Assembly: GCA_963666975.2 (NCBI GenBank) | Contig: CAXVYR010000003.1 | Location: 832,001 to 896,000, forward strand | Direction: 5' to 3' | Length of the DNA stretch: 64,000 nt | Source: Terriglobia bacterium | GTDB lineage: Bacteria; Acidobacteriota; Terriglobia; 2-12-FULL-54-10 | Shown: positions 20,692-31,898 of the stretch, in pieces | How the letters are laid out: each line of letters starts with the position of its first letter | How positions within the stretch are numbered: position 1 is the stretch's first letter | Translations under genes and position numbers: made by a program | Notes under the pieces: generated by a model | What the model was told of the DNA's origin: nothing | Database searches by the model: none | Seen by the model: only the letters and a program-made list of their open reading frames with translations

Positions 20692-22356
20692 CTATTCGAC
20701 GTAGCGCTGGGCAACCGGCAACCTGCGTCCGATGCCGAAGGCCTTGGAGGTGACCCGCAGTCCGGGGGCGGACTGCTGCCGCTTGTACTCGTTGCCATCC
20801 ACAAGCCCGATGATGCTGCGCACCAGCTCCAGGGGAACGCCGTACTTCTCCACGATCTGCGCCGGCGTTTCGTACTCCTCAATATAGGCTTTCAGCACAA
20901 CATCCAAAACCTCGTAAGGCGGCAGGCTGTCGGTGTCCTTCTGGTTGGGACGCAACTCGGCGGATGGCGCTTTCTCCAGGATCGCTTGGGGAATCACCTG
21001 CCGGTCCCGGTTGGCCACCGCCGCCAGTTTGTAAACCATCGTTTTGGGGATGTCGGAGATCACTCCCAACCCCCCGACCATGTCGCCGTACAAGGTGCAG
21101 TAGCCCACAGCCAGCTCGCTTTTGTTGCCGGTAGAGAGCACCAGCGAATGGAACTTGTTGGAGAGAGCCATCAGCAGGTTGCCGCGAATACGCGCTTGCA
21201 GGTTTTCCTCAGTTACATTACTGGTTACATTACTAGTTACATCGCTCGCCGTCCCCTCAAAGGCCGGGCACAACGTCTCCCGATAAGCGCGGAAAATATC
21301 GGAGATCGGAAGCACCTGGAACCGGATTCCCAGGTTGGCAGCTAAAGCCCGCGAGTCCTCAATGCTGCCCGGAGAAGAATAAGGACCCGGCATGCCGACC
21401 CCCAGCACATTTTCCTTCCCCAGCGCCTCCGCAGCAATGGCGGCGGTGAGCGCAGAGTCAATCCCGCCGCTCAAGCCGATCAGCACTCGCTGAAATCCGC
21501 ACTTCTGTACGTAATCGCGCGTGCCCAGAATCAGCGCTTGATAAACGGCTTCTTCCGGCTGGCTGGCTTGCGGGTGGATGTCGCCCTGCTGGGTGGAGGT
21601 GTCAAAACAAATGAGGTCCTCTGCAAAAGAGAGGGCCTGGGCACGAACGTTTCCTTCCGCATCCAGGGCCATGCTGGAGCCATCAAAGACCAGACTGTCA
21701 TTTCCGCCCACCAGGTTGACGAACACGACCGGCATGCGATGGCGCAGCGCAAAGGCTTGCAACATTTCCCGGCGAAAGGGGCGCTTTCCTGTCGAGTATG
21801 GCGAGGCGGCAATCGTGACCAGCAGGTTGGCGCCTTGCTGCACCAGTTCCTCCACCGGGTCCCGCGTATAAAATCGCTTCTTCCAGAAAGCCTTGTCGTT
21901 CCAAATGTCCTCGCAGATAGTCAGCGCTACCTGTTTGCCGCAAAAAGGCAGCACCGCCTGCTGCTGGGCCGGCGCAAAGTGACGCATCTCATCAAAAACG
22001 TCGTAGGCAGGCAGCAGCATTTTCGACTGCACAAACCGAACCTGCCCGCCGGAGAGCAATGCCGCGCTGTTGGAGGCGGCCTTGCCGGTATCATTCTCTG
22101 CCTTGCTGACGAAACCGCAGATCAAAGGGATGTCGGGCACTTCCCGCGCCAGCCGCTCCAGCTCTTGCCGGTTTCGCTCCACGAAGCCTGGTTTCTCCAC
22201 CAAGTCCAGCGGAGGGTAACCGCACACGGAAAGCTCCGGGAAAATCACCAACTCAGCCCCAGCCTGCCGGGCCTGCCGCGCAAAGCGGATGATCTTTGCC
22301 GCATTGCCCGGCAAGTCGCCAACTGTGGTATTCACTTGAGCCAGCGCGATCTTCAT
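20692..22356 (-). CDS. nadE: Glutamine-dependent NAD+ synthetase
   Basis: Nitrilase domain FPEL..GYPP, ICEDIW; GLSGGIDS, ENLQARIRG, TGNKSE, PSAELRPNQKD. Confidence 0.95.
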   Translation of the reverse strand: MKIALAQVNTTVGDLPGNAAKIIRFARQARQAGAELVIFPELSVCGYPPLDLVEKPGFVERNRQELERLAREVPDIPLICGFVSKAENDTGKAASNSAALLSGGQVRFVQSKMLLPAYDVFDEMRHFAPAQQQAVLPFCGKQVALTICEDIWNDKAFWKKRFYTRDPVEELVQQGANLLVTIAASPYSTGKRPFRREMLQAFALRHRMPVVFVNLVGGNDSLVFDGSSMALDAEGNVRAQALSFAEDLICFDTSTQQGDIHPQASQPEEAVYQALILGTRDYVQKCGFQRVLIGLSGGIDSALTAAIAAEALGKENVLGVGMPGPYSSPGSIEDSRALAANLGIRFQVLPISDIFRAYRETLCPAFEGTASDVTSNVTSNVTEENLQARIRGNLLMALSNKFHSLVLSTGNKSELAVGYCTLYGDMVGGLGVISDIPKTMVYKLAAVANRDRQVIPQAILEKAPSAELRPNQKDTDSLPPYEVLDVVLKAYIEEYETPAQIVEKYGVPLELVRSIIGLVDGNEYKRQQSAPGLRVTSKAFGIGRRLPVAQRYVE

Positions 22357-22586
22357 AAACTTCCTTTGTTCCTATTATAAACCTCCGAGAGAACCGATGA
22401 GGTATTACCGCGCAGGAACGCGCCGTGCTTGTTGATTGAGTTGAAACAACACCCGTTGCAAATCTTTCCAGAGTCAATGATAATATGCCGGGAATCCGCT
22501 TGGTCCCGGTTGCAGGCGGCTTACTGTAATAATCGATTGTGGCATACTATGCGGTAAGGCAGTCCTCTGCCATTGGTGGAGACCCT

Positions 22587-23072
22587 ATGAGCGCCGAGGA
22601 AGATCAAAAGCTATCGCGCGAGTACTTCCAGCGCGCCTACGCCCGTCAGATGAAGGGCGAGTTGGAGGATGCGGCAGAGCTGTACAAAAAGTCAATCGAA
22701 GCGCTTCCTACCGCGGAGGCTCACACTTTCCTTGGCTGGACCTACAGCTTTATGGGACGCCCGCAGGACGCCATCGCCGAATGCCACCGGGCGATTGAGA
22801 TCGATCCGGACTTCGGGAACCCGTACAACGACATCGGAGCCTACCTGATCGAGCAGGGGTCGCTCGATGAGGCCATCCCCTGGCTGGAAAAGGCAACGCG
22901 CGCGCGCCGGTATGAAAGCTATTGTTTCCCCCATTTCAATCTCGGACGAATCTACGAGCAAAAGCGCCTGTGGAGAAAAGCCATCGACTGCTACCGCGCA
23001 TCCCTGGGCCACAACCCTCAATACATGCTGGCAAAAGCGGCCCTGCGCCGCCTGCAGGCGATGATGAATTAG
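22587..23072 (+). CDS. Tetratricopeptide repeat protein
   Basis: AEAHTFLGW, GNPYNDIGAYL, PHFNLGRIY repeats. Confidence 0.85.
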   Translation: MSAEEDQKLSREYFQRAYARQMKGELEDAAELYKKSIEALPTAEAHTFLGWTYSFMGRPQDAIAECHRAIEIDPDFGNPYNDIGAYLIEQGSLDEAIPWLEKATRARRYESYCFPHFNLGRIYEQKRLWRKAIDCYRASLGHNPQYMLAKAALRRLQAMMN

Positions 23073-23149
23073 CGCGAAGGAGGCAGTAAATAGGAGTCTG
23101 AGTGAACTGCCTGTGTCACTGTGCTTTCCTGGCTCCTGATTTCCTCCGC

Positions 23150-23719
23150 TCAAGGTTTCTGCGCAATGATCTGGGCTATGCCGCGCTCCTTCACAGTTTC
23201 CTGGTAGGCAAGAATCCGGAAGTCGCGAAACAGTTCCAGTAACTCCTGACGTTCGAGCAGGTGCATCGAATGGCGGGGACGTCCCGGAAAGCGCCGCTGA
23301 TCCACCGTATAGGTTTTGTAAACAATCAATCCTTGCGGCTTCAGGGCAGCCTTGAGCACGGGAAACAGGTCGCGCTGGAGGTAAAAGAAACCGATCAGCA
23401 AGTCAAAACAGCTCGTTCCCAGCGAAACTGTTTCGAGGTCCTGACAGAAAAGCTCCAGCCGAACGCCGCGCTCTACAGCCAGCGCCTTCGCCCTGCGCAG
23501 CGCTTCCAGGGAAACGTCGCAGGCCGTGACGTTCCAACCTTTTTCCGCCAGATACACTGCATTGCGGCCCGCTCCGCAGGCTACGTCCAGCGCGCGGCGT
23601 TTCTCAGGAAACAGACCGGAGTACTCCTCCAACTGCTCTAAGAAAGGGTCTGGCTCTCTGGCGGCGTGGTCTCCCGACCGGAATCGCTCGTCCCACTTAG
23701 CCCGCTCTTGTTGTGACAT
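23150..23719 (-). CDS. Class I SAM-dependent methyltransferase (TehB-like)
   Basis: KWDERF, ALDVACGAGRNAVYLA, LKPQG. Confidence 0.85.
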   Translation of the reverse strand: MSQQERAKWDERFRSGDHAAREPDPFLEQLEEYSGLFPEKRRALDVACGAGRNAVYLAEKGWNVTACDVSLEALRRAKALAVERGVRLELFCQDLETVSLGTSCFDLLIGFFYLQRDLFPVLKAALKPQGLIVYKTYTVDQRRFPGRPRHSMHLLERQELLELFRDFRILAYQETVKERGIAQIIAQKP

Positions 23720-23735
23720 GGCGTGATTCCCGAGG

Positions 23736-24503
23736 CTATAGCCTGCCCGAAAAGCCGGAAGGCTGCTCCGCCAGCCAGTTGAGCATTGCCCGCAGAGCCC
23801 GTCCACGGTGGCTTCTCTGTAATTTTTCTTCCGAAGAATATTCCGCGAAGGTTCTGTTGCTCTCAGGGTCCAGAAAAAGAGGGTCATAACCAAAGCCTCC
23901 AGCGCCCCGGGGCGAAGCCAGGATGATTCCCTCTGCTACGCCACGAAACTCGGCCAGCACTCGACCTGCCTGCGCCACGGCGATGACGCAGACAAACCGG
24001 GCGGTTCGTTTCGAGGCCGTGATGTGAGACAGATCCCGGAGCAGTTTGCCGTTGTTTTCCGCGTCGCTGGCAGCCTGCCCCGCGAAACGCCGGGAGCGCA
24101 CGCCGGGAGCGCCTCCGAGGGCGTCCACTTCCAGTCCTGAATCGTCAGCCAGCACCAGCCCGCCGACCAACCGGCTGTAATGGAGGGCCTTTTTTCGTGC
24201 GTTGACCAGAAAGGTTTCTCCATCCTCTTCACAAGAGGGGAGAACATCCAGGCTGGCCACTGGCTCGGCTACCAAGCGGGCGGAACGGCCGCAGCCGGCA
24301 AGCCATAGGCGAGCACCCAGGCGAAACTCCTCAATTTTTCCGGCATTCGAGGAAGCAATCTGTACTGTGGGAAAAGGAGGGGGTGTATCGGCAGCTTGGG
24401 GTGAACTCAATGAGGTAGGGCTTTCTTTCGGGATACGCATGAACCTTCTGGGCGCATGGCCGAATCGTATCCTTGGTAATCCGACATCGGGGGAATCCGG
24501 CAT
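23736..24503 (-). CDS. rdgB: Non-canonical purine NTP pyrophosphatase (HAM1)
   Basis: ASSNAGK, EEDGETF..NA.KKA, ADDSGL, GFGYDPLF, SHRGRA. Confidence 0.92.
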   Translation of the reverse strand: MPDSPDVGLPRIRFGHAPRRFMRIPKESPTSLSSPQAADTPPPFPTVQIASSNAGKIEEFRLGARLWLAGCGRSARLVAEPVASLDVLPSCEEDGETFLVNARKKALHYSRLVGGLVLADDSGLEVDALGGAPGVRSRRFAGQAASDAENNGKLLRDLSHITASKRTARFVCVIAVAQAGRVLAEFRGVAEGIILASPRGAGGFGYDPLFLDPESNRTFAEYSSEEKLQRSHRGRALRAMLNWLAEQPSGFSGRL

Positions 24504-24898
24504 CAGGCCGGAGCGCGGGCCGGAGAAGCTGCCGTCCCCACCCCTTGTTCCTGCAGCTTGAGCAAGAAACTAAACTGAGGCTTCGGGTCGCCTCGTCCCC
24601 AGCGGTTCAATTCCCATTTGGCTTTCAAGAAACGCACGCCGGGCTGTCCGCTCAAATCCAGCAGGAGTTGGTGGATGCCTTTGTAGAATTTCTGAGGGAA
24701 CGCCGCCAATGCTTTCTCGCTCCACGTCTGGCCGTCTTCCGAGCCCCACACGCTCACGTCCAGCGACTCCTGCTCGATGATCTTCGTAATGGCCAGCGTG
24801 AGCAGCGCGCTCTTTCCCTGCGCCGAGCCCAACTCAACCGGAGCACTTTCACCATTGGCCTCGACCGTGATTTCAGATACCAGAAAAACGTCCAGCAT
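24503..24898 (-). CDS. Hypothetical protein
   Basis: GGAG RBS; stop overlaps rdgB start (TGATG). Confidence 0.7.
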   Translation of the reverse strand: MLDVFLVSEITVEANGESAPVELGSAQGKSALLTLAITKIIEQESLDVSVWGSEDGQTWSEKALAAFPQKFYKGIHQLLLDLSGQPGVRFLKAKWELNRWGRGDPKPQFSFLLKLQEQGVGTAASPARAPA

Positions 24899-25094
24899 GC
24901 CGCATTTACTCCTTCCGCTCCTTCGCTCCTGATTCAGCAGTCCTTCATTTCAAAGCTGATATTGTAACATCCGAAGGACCCGGCGTAACCCGGCAGTTGC
25001 CGGCAGTTTCTAATCTCAAGACCGGAGCCGTTATTCCACTACCACATCCACGCGGAAGATTACCTCTCAACCGTCAGTGCCCGCCGGGGATTCT

Positions 25095-26306
25095 CTACTT
25101 CCGGCGCGTTTTGAGTTTCCGCAGCCGCCGAGCGGCCTCGCCGAGCGTATCTTCTTTTTTGCAGAATGTGAAGCGGACTTGCTGGCGGCCATCGGCCGGG
25201 TCGCTGTAGAAGCTCGATCCGGGTACGGCTGCGACGCCGACATCCTGAATCAGATACTCCACAAAACTGGCATCATCCGGGAAGCCGAACCGGGAGATAT
25301 CCGTCATGATGTAGTAAGCCCCCAAGGGGCGAAAGCAGGTGAAGCCGCACTCTTCGAGGACGCTTAACAGGCAGTCCCTTCGCTTAGCATAATCGGCTGC
25401 CAGCTTTTGGTAATAGCTCTCAGGCAGCCCAACGGCGGTGACTCCGGCCTCCTGTAAGGGAGCGGCAGCGCCGACGGTGAGGAAATCGTGAACCTTGCGG
25501 ATGCTGTTGGTCAACTCCCGGCAGGCAATAGTCCATCCCACGCGCCAGCCTGTGACACTGTAAGTTTTAGAAAGGCTGCTGATGGTAACGGTACGCTCCC
25601 TCATTCCCTCCAGGCTGGCGATGGAGATGTGCCGGCTGCCCTCATATAAGATGTGCTCGTATATCTCGTCGGTGATGGCCAGCGCCTCCCACTTGCGGCA
25701 CAGCGCGGCGATTGTTTCCATCTCATCTCGGGTAAAGACCTTGCCAGTGGGATTGTTCGGGGTATTGAGGATCACGGCGCGGGTGCGCTCGTTGAAGGCG
25801 GCCGCCAGCTCATCAGGCGAAAACCGCCAATCGGGAGGCTTCAGGCGTACAAAACGCGGGACGGCCCCTGTGAGCGCGCAATCCGGTCCGTAGTTCTCAT
25901 AGAAGGGCTCAAAGATGACGACCTCGTCGCCGGGATTTAGCAGGCTGAGCAGCGCGGCGAACATGGCCTCGGTGGAACCGCAGCAGACCGTTATCTCCGT
26001 CTCCGGGTCCACCTGCCATCCCAGGCTGCGGGAGGCCTTCCGGGCCAGCGCGTCGCGAAAATTCTTGGCTCCCCAGGTGATGGCGTACTGATTGATGTCG
26101 GCGTCGATGGCTTGCTTGGCGGCTTGTTTCACCTCCTCCGGCGCAGGAAAATCAGGATAGCCCTGCGAAAGATTTACCGCGCCGTGCTGCAAGGCCAGCC
26201 GCGTCATCTCCCGGATGACGGATTCGACCAGCCCGGACGCACGCTCGGATGTGGTGAGGCTCCGCGAAGCTCGATTGGCCCCGGACACCGGGATGGGATT
26301 AGCCAT
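25095..26306 (-). CDS. PLP-dependent aminotransferase class I/II
   Basis: NLSQGYPD, NTPNNPTGKV, DEIY, SLSKTYSVTGWRVG. Confidence 0.93.
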   Translation of the reverse strand: MANPIPVSGANRASRSLTTSERASGLVESVIREMTRLALQHGAVNLSQGYPDFPAPEEVKQAAKQAIDADINQYAITWGAKNFRDALARKASRSLGWQVDPETEITVCCGSTEAMFAALLSLLNPGDEVVIFEPFYENYGPDCALTGAVPRFVRLKPPDWRFSPDELAAAFNERTRAVILNTPNNPTGKVFTRDEMETIAALCRKWEALAITDEIYEHILYEGSRHISIASLEGMRERTVTISSLSKTYSVTGWRVGWTIACRELTNSIRKVHDFLTVGAAAPLQEAGVTAVGLPESYYQKLAADYAKRRDCLLSVLEECGFTCFRPLGAYYIMTDISRFGFPDDASFVEYLIQDVGVAAVPGSSFYSDPADGRQQVRFTFCKKEDTLGEAARRLRKLKTRRK

Positions 26307-26391
26307 GCGGGACTATCCTCTTCATCTTCATCCCTCTTCATCAGTTTATTGTCCCTTAGTCTATTGTCCCATGTTCTGTATTCTTGAAGCT

Positions 26392-28647
26392 CTATGGACC
26401 GCCGCGCTCAGCAGTCTTGTTGTTTCCTAAAGTTGGGCTGGAATCCCGCTCACGGTAAATTCTGCGGTACAACTCCGCATTGCGCAGAACCGATTGAACG
26501 TACCCCCGGGTCTCGGTAAAGGGAATGCTCTCGATGAACTCGGTCGGCTCATCAAATTTCGTATCATTGCGATTCGCTTCGCTCAGCCATTCTTTCACCC
26601 TGTTTTCGCCGGCATTATACGCCGCCAAGCCAAGCTCCGGCTTGCCCTCAAACAGATCCAAAACCTTCTTCAAAAAGTGGGTTCCCCAGGTCAGGTTATA
26701 TTCCGGCAGATACAACCGGGAAAGCCGGTACTGGCGCGCGCTGCGATTGGGAACCCCGCGCGCCACACGGCGGGCGGTGGAAGGAAGCAACTGCATCAAT
26801 CCCCGCGCATTGGCGCGGGAGCGGGCTTGCGGATTGAATTCGGATTCCTGCCGGATCAGTCCGGCCACCAAATAAGGATCGAGCTTCGCGGCTTCCGCTT
26901 GCTCCTTTACCTGCTCCCACCACGGCAAAGGAAACAGCAATTCCCACTCTTCGCGAGGCAACTCGGAGAGTTGAGAAGTGAGATAACCATTCAAAAACCG
27001 CTTGGCGTACCGAAGCGCCAGATGATGGTGGCCCCGCTCTTTTTCCAGCTGCGCCAGCTCCCTGCCCAGAAAACGGGAGGACCGGTCGCGAGCAAGCGCC
27101 GCCTGCAGTTCGCCCAAGGCCAGATCCATCAGCCAGACCGACTCCAGCAACTTCGCCTTCTTCCAATGCCGCTCGGCAGAAGCTGCGAGACTTTCCGTTT
27201 GCGAGGACCCTGAAGTTCTCTCCCGGAATTTACCGAGAGGCACAGGCGCTTCGGGCTGCATCAGTGCCGGAACCGCCAGCATGGACGCCAGACGCCGACG
27301 GCCGAGATGACCGTAATAGAAATTCGGAAACAACTCGACCAGCCTGCGATAATACGTCGCCGCCCGTGCGGGAAATTCCTTCTCCGCCATGCGTCCCAGC
27401 CAGTACAAGGAAGCGGCAGACTGAGAGCCAGTGGGATAATTCCGCACGTGCTCTTCAAACAGCCGCTGGGCTTCCGGCAAGCGGCGTTCCCGGTAATGCC
27501 ACCAAGCTACCTTCCAGTGGCTTAGCTCGGCGTACTCGCCCTGGGGAAAGCGCTCGTACAGCATCCTGTAGTAGCGGTGCGCGCGCTCCAGGTCGGGGAG
27601 CAGTAAATAATAATTCCCCGCCAGAAAAAGCGCTTGCTCATACCAGGGGGAGCGCGGATATTTCTTCGAGAGTAAATCAATCTGCTGGAAAACAAGCTTT
27701 TCGCGCCGTACCCGGCGGTACAGCGCCGCCAGCGTGTACAGGCGTTCCGCATCCTCTTCCGGGACGGAGAGTTTGAGCTTGGCAAGCGTCGATAGCGCCG
27801 GCCAATTGGCTCTGCCCCGATACTGGGAAACACCCATCCGCAGCTGGTAACTCGCCCGCTCCGCTCCCTTGCTCCGGGCCACGAGCGCTTGATATGCCCT
27901 TCGCGCGCTCTGCCAGCGGCCCCGCGCGAAGAGCCGCTCGGCCCGCCGTTTTCTCATCTCCAGCGAGGGCTGCGGAAAATTCTTTTTAAGTTGCTGCTGC
28001 AACCGCTCCAACTGCTTCTCTGCCTTGGACGCTTGCCCGGAAGTTGGGAAAAAGTAAAAAACCTCCTGATAAGCACGCGCTGCCTGGGTAAACTGTTTCT
28101 CTTGCATGTACGCCTCGGCCAGCAGAGCTTGTGCTTCCGGTTTCGGAAGAAAACTCGGAGGAGACGCGAACCGGGCAATCACCCCGGCTGGCTGTTCCAT
28201 CTCCAGCAGACTCTCCGCCCACCTCAGCGTGGCTGGCACAGCGAGAGCGCTCTCCGGATAGTTTTCCGCAAAGCCGTCAAGCAGTTCGGCAGCGGCGGCG
28301 TGTTCTTCCCCGGCCAGTTCAGCTAATGCCAGGTAGTATTCGCCATAATCCTGCAACGGAGTCCGGGGAACACGGGCGGCATCGAAATACGTTTTAGACT
28401 TGGCGTACTGTTCTTCCTGGTAGGCATGAACCCCCAGCACAAGGTAGGCCAGCACGCCGCTGACATCGTTCCGGTTTTCCCCGGCAAACTGTTCGAGGAG
28501 GGCAAGCTGGGAAACCGACTTTTCTTCCAGCAATGTTCTGCTGACCGCTCGCAGCACGGCGGGGACTGCTGCCGGGGCCTGCGCAGCGCGGCCCGCGCTG
28601 GGGATACTCACCAGCACACAGAGTAGGATGCCTGCCAGAAAACTCAT
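26392..28647 (-). CDS. slt: Soluble lytic transglycosylase with TPR N-terminus
   Basis: IRQESEF, ARGLMQL, AAYNAG, FIESIPFTETRGYV. Confidence 0.9.
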   Translation of the reverse strand: MSFLAGILLCVLVSIPSAGRAAQAPAAVPAVLRAVSRTLLEEKSVSQLALLEQFAGENRNDVSGVLAYLVLGVHAYQEEQYAKSKTYFDAARVPRTPLQDYGEYYLALAELAGEEHAAAAELLDGFAENYPESALAVPATLRWAESLLEMEQPAGVIARFASPPSFLPKPEAQALLAEAYMQEKQFTQAARAYQEVFYFFPTSGQASKAEKQLERLQQQLKKNFPQPSLEMRKRRAERLFARGRWQSARRAYQALVARSKGAERASYQLRMGVSQYRGRANWPALSTLAKLKLSVPEEDAERLYTLAALYRRVRREKLVFQQIDLLSKKYPRSPWYEQALFLAGNYYLLLPDLERAHRYYRMLYERFPQGEYAELSHWKVAWWHYRERRLPEAQRLFEEHVRNYPTGSQSAASLYWLGRMAEKEFPARAATYYRRLVELFPNFYYGHLGRRRLASMLAVPALMQPEAPVPLGKFRERTSGSSQTESLAASAERHWKKAKLLESVWLMDLALGELQAALARDRSSRFLGRELAQLEKERGHHHLALRYAKRFLNGYLTSQLSELPREEWELLFPLPWWEQVKEQAEAAKLDPYLVAGLIRQESEFNPQARSRANARGLMQLLPSTARRVARGVPNRSARQYRLSRLYLPEYNLTWGTHFLKKVLDLFEGKPELGLAAYNAGENRVKEWLSEANRNDTKFDEPTEFIESIPFTETRGYVQSVLRNAELYRRIYRERDSSPTLGNNKTAERGGP

Positions 28648-28870
28648 ATGTCTTTGACCCTGGAAACTATAGTTGAGAGTCTTTGCAAAGCTCATCCGCA
28701 CACACACCGCCGGACACGCGCCAGGAAAGTCCTGCATTCCCCCGCTCCTTCATTATCGGCGACCGGGCTGCCGCCTACAATTTATTTTTCCTGTGATCTG
28801 GCTATGAGCTTCTATGGAACACACGACGCAAGTTCGCCACGACGGTACTAGGGGCGGTACTGGGAGAGAT

Positions 28871-30022
28871 TTACTCGCTCTCGAACGGTCCGGGATATTG
28901 ATCGCCCAGCACGGAAGGATCGTTCCCTGCCAGCTTCAGAACCAACTCGTAATGCAGGTAGTCAAAGGAGCGCGCGGCGGTCTCTCCAAAACGTTTCTGG
29001 TAGTTCTGGCGGGTCTTATCAATATCTTCCTTGATGGCCGCATATGCGTTTTTGTTTTTCCGTCCCTCTTCAATCTTTCCCTTGTGGTAGGAGAGCAGAT
29101 CTTGCACCGCGACGCGAGCGAACCGATGCGCTTTTTTATGCGCATCCTTCTCTTCCTTCGGCAAGGAACTTGTATCCGGTGGCGGCGGCAAAGCGTCTTC
29201 GCCTTCCCCGGCGGCCGGTATGCTGGCGGCAAAGGATCCCGGCGGCGGACCCTGCTCGACGGCCGGCACCTCCGCTGGAGTCTCCAGCAGAGGTGCTGCC
29301 TCTTCTGCAACTGCCTCGTCCGCAGCCGCTGCGGAGGGTTCGGCAGCGGGCGCTTCGGCTGCTGCTGCCGGTGCGGTGCTGGCGGATTGCCTTGCCGGGG
29401 CCGTCTCCAGGCTGAGGCCCGTGACCTGAGCCAATATCTCCAGAGCCGACGGCTCCGCCGACCCGGCGACAGTCCCTGCATCCGCATAGAGAGCTGCAAC
29501 CACGCGCCCGCGAACCACCACCGGCAACAGGCATAGGTTCTCATCCGCAGACTCTCCGACAGCTTGCCCGAGCGCCTCCGGCATATTCTCTCCAGAACGC
29601 TGGCCGATGAAGGCCCGCTGGCGGCTCACTATATCCTGGAAGATTCCCGCTTTCCCGGCCGAGATGGCGACGGAGCGCAAACTTTTCGCATCCTTTGCCG
29701 TAAAGCCTTCGGCGCGCCAAAAAGAAAAGTCGTCTCCGCGTTGCACAAACAACGCGCAACGGCCCGAATATTCCACCGCGCCTTTCAAAAAAGCCGTCAT
29801 GATCTCGCTTTGTCCGGACGCCTGGAGGATGCTCGATACGGCTTGATTCAGCGCCGCCAGGGCGGGCGCAGCGGACGCCCCGCCTCCCTCCCCTTTCGGC
29901 ATGCGCGCCATAGCATTGGTGATCTCCCTCCGAAGCTCCTGCTGCAGCGAGGCCAGCCGGTTATCCAGCGCCCGCTGGATCAGCTCCTCGAGTGCCCGTT
30001 CCAATGAACCGCTATTCGCCAT
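28871..30022 (-). CDS. Hypothetical protein with GAF-like domain and Ala/Pro/Glu linker
   Basis: LLPVVVRGRVVAALYAD GAF-like strand; C-terminal AHRFARV helix domain. Confidence 0.7.
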   Translation of the reverse strand: MANSGSLERALEELIQRALDNRLASLQQELRREITNAMARMPKGEGGGASAAPALAALNQAVSSILQASGQSEIMTAFLKGAVEYSGRCALFVQRGDDFSFWRAEGFTAKDAKSLRSVAISAGKAGIFQDIVSRQRAFIGQRSGENMPEALGQAVGESADENLCLLPVVVRGRVVAALYADAGTVAGSAEPSALEILAQVTGLSLETAPARQSASTAPAAAAEAPAAEPSAAAADEAVAEEAAPLLETPAEVPAVEQGPPPGSFAASIPAAGEGEDALPPPPDTSSLPKEEKDAHKKAHRFARVAVQDLLSYHKGKIEEGRKNKNAYAAIKEDIDKTRQNYQKRFGETAARSFDYLHYELVLKLAGNDPSVLGDQYPGPFESE

Positions 30023-30355
30023 CGCAGCTCCTCAATACGATACCTTCGTATCCTTAAGAATTTTTCCCGGCCAGGATATCTTCCGTCCAAGCCATACGCT
30101 CCAGTCCCAACGGACCGCTGCCTGTTTTGCTCTCCAAAATACCTGCCTTCGGAAATTAATGCCGCCGGCAGGCCCATGTCAAATAGTTTCTATGATTTCC
30201 CCAAATCTCGCAAGGGCACATACAAGATACACTCGGCCCCGCGCGGATCCTTCCACCGTTCGCGGGGAACTGCTCTCGCACTGTGCAGGTTTCCCTGCCT
30301 CCGTTGCCGAGAGACTATGGTAAAATGGAGATGTTTGAGAATTATTCTCCCTCAT

Positions 30356-30706
30356 GGGGGCGAAACGGATTCGACGGAAAGGAAAAGGGCTAGAAGGCAT
30401 ACCGGGGTCCATGCACCCGTAATCGCGTGGACAAAAACACAATTGCCAATCCTGAATTGGCTCTCGCTGCTTAATTAAGTGGCGCGTCGCGCTGCTCCAG
30501 CCCGTGGGAGTGGATGCGGCGACGTTGAACGGGCTAGTTCTTCCTTTTCGGTCCGTGAAGGAAGGGCGAAATTTTCCGGACTAGCGGCTGGTAATTCTTG
30601 TCGGTTCGACGTTGCCGGCGGTGAAGTTTTTCGAACACGACTAAGTATGTAGGCTTTTAGCCAAGTGCCTTTTCGGACGGGGGTTCGACTCCCCCCGCCT
30701 CCACCA
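30356..30706 (+). ncRNA. ssrA: tmRNA
   Basis: 5' GGGGGCGAAACGGATTCGAC, 3' GGGTTCGACTCCCCCCGCCTCCACCA; tag ORF 30445-30474 encodes ANPELALAA*. Confidence 0.95.
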
Positions 30707-30727
30707 AGATTAACTTGTTTATTTAGA

Positions 30728-31898
30728 TCAGTTTAGGATTCCACTACTCCCGCCGCGTACCTCTCGCGTACCCTTCGTCGCGGGAGTGGCCGTCGATAGA
30801 TTACCCCAAACACGTCGAACGTCCGCTTCCAATTGCTCCTGGCGAGCACGCACCCAAGGGGCGTAATGTTTCTCCGTAACCTTTATACTTTGGTGCCCCA
30901 GCAAGACCGAAACCCTTTCCAGCGGTACCCCAGCTAACAACAACTCAACCGCAAAGCTGTGACGGAATCGGTGAGCATGCCCTTCTGGTATGCCTGCATT
31001 CTGGAACAGCTTTTTCAGGCTACGTTGCCAATTGCCAACTGCGCTCTTGGGTTTCGATTCTCCGCTCCAGAAAAAATACCGGCGGTTTGTCTGTGATATC
31101 GCCTCCAAAGCTTCGATTACAGAATTAGGGAGGGGACAATAGACTTGCGTTCCGGTCTTTGCTGTACAGAGGAACAGCTTGTCGTCGACAACCCGCTCTT
31201 TAGAAATCGTCACAGCATCTTGGATCCGCAACCCGCTATAGCGAAGCAACAAAACCAACGCCTTCAGTCGTCGCCCATTTTCCTGCCCGGTGCGGCCGTA
31301 ATTGTCAGGGTAGCGGTCGCAGGCTGCGAGAGTGCGGATCACCTCTTCCCTGGTAAAAGGCATGGTTGGTGAGGCTGACACTTTTGGATTCTTTAGTTTG
31401 CTCGCAGGATTACCAGCAATCCAGTCGCTTTCGTGAGCAAAACGGAAAAAAGCTCTCAAGCAATCTAGTTTTTTTGTGGCGGAGAGGTTACGATTTGGCC
31501 ACGACGCTCGAAACTCCCGAAGCAGATCCAATGTGAATTCTTTGACAAATCGAAGTCCTTTGGCCTGCACGAATGCCTGCGTCTGCCGAAACAGCAGCCG
31601 GTATTTGTAGATCGTTGGCTCACGTAAATTCCTAGCTTCGGCGTCTTGAAGAAACTTTTGGAAGGAATCTTCAATTGTCACGGGTTGGGGCTTATCGGGT
31701 TCCGCAGTTCGGCAACCTTCGGATTCCCACTTGCGGATCAACTCCTGGGCTTTTTCCCAGTCACGTAGTCCAAGGGATTCACGCATTTCCCGCCCCTGGA
31801 GGAATCCGTCCACCCAAAGCGGGCACCGGCACCGGCGGTACCGGCGGCCCCCCCCGGTGGCGGCAGCGCTTTATATGGCGGCGGTAAACGGTAAGCAT
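30728..31898 (-). CDS. Tyrosine recombinase/integrase of tmRNA-inserted island
   Basis: YSGLRI, HAHRFRH, LGH, HY catalytic motifs; the N-terminus MLTVYRRH..C..H..CRCPLW joins after a frameshift in a G8 run (31848-31855). Confidence 0.9.
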
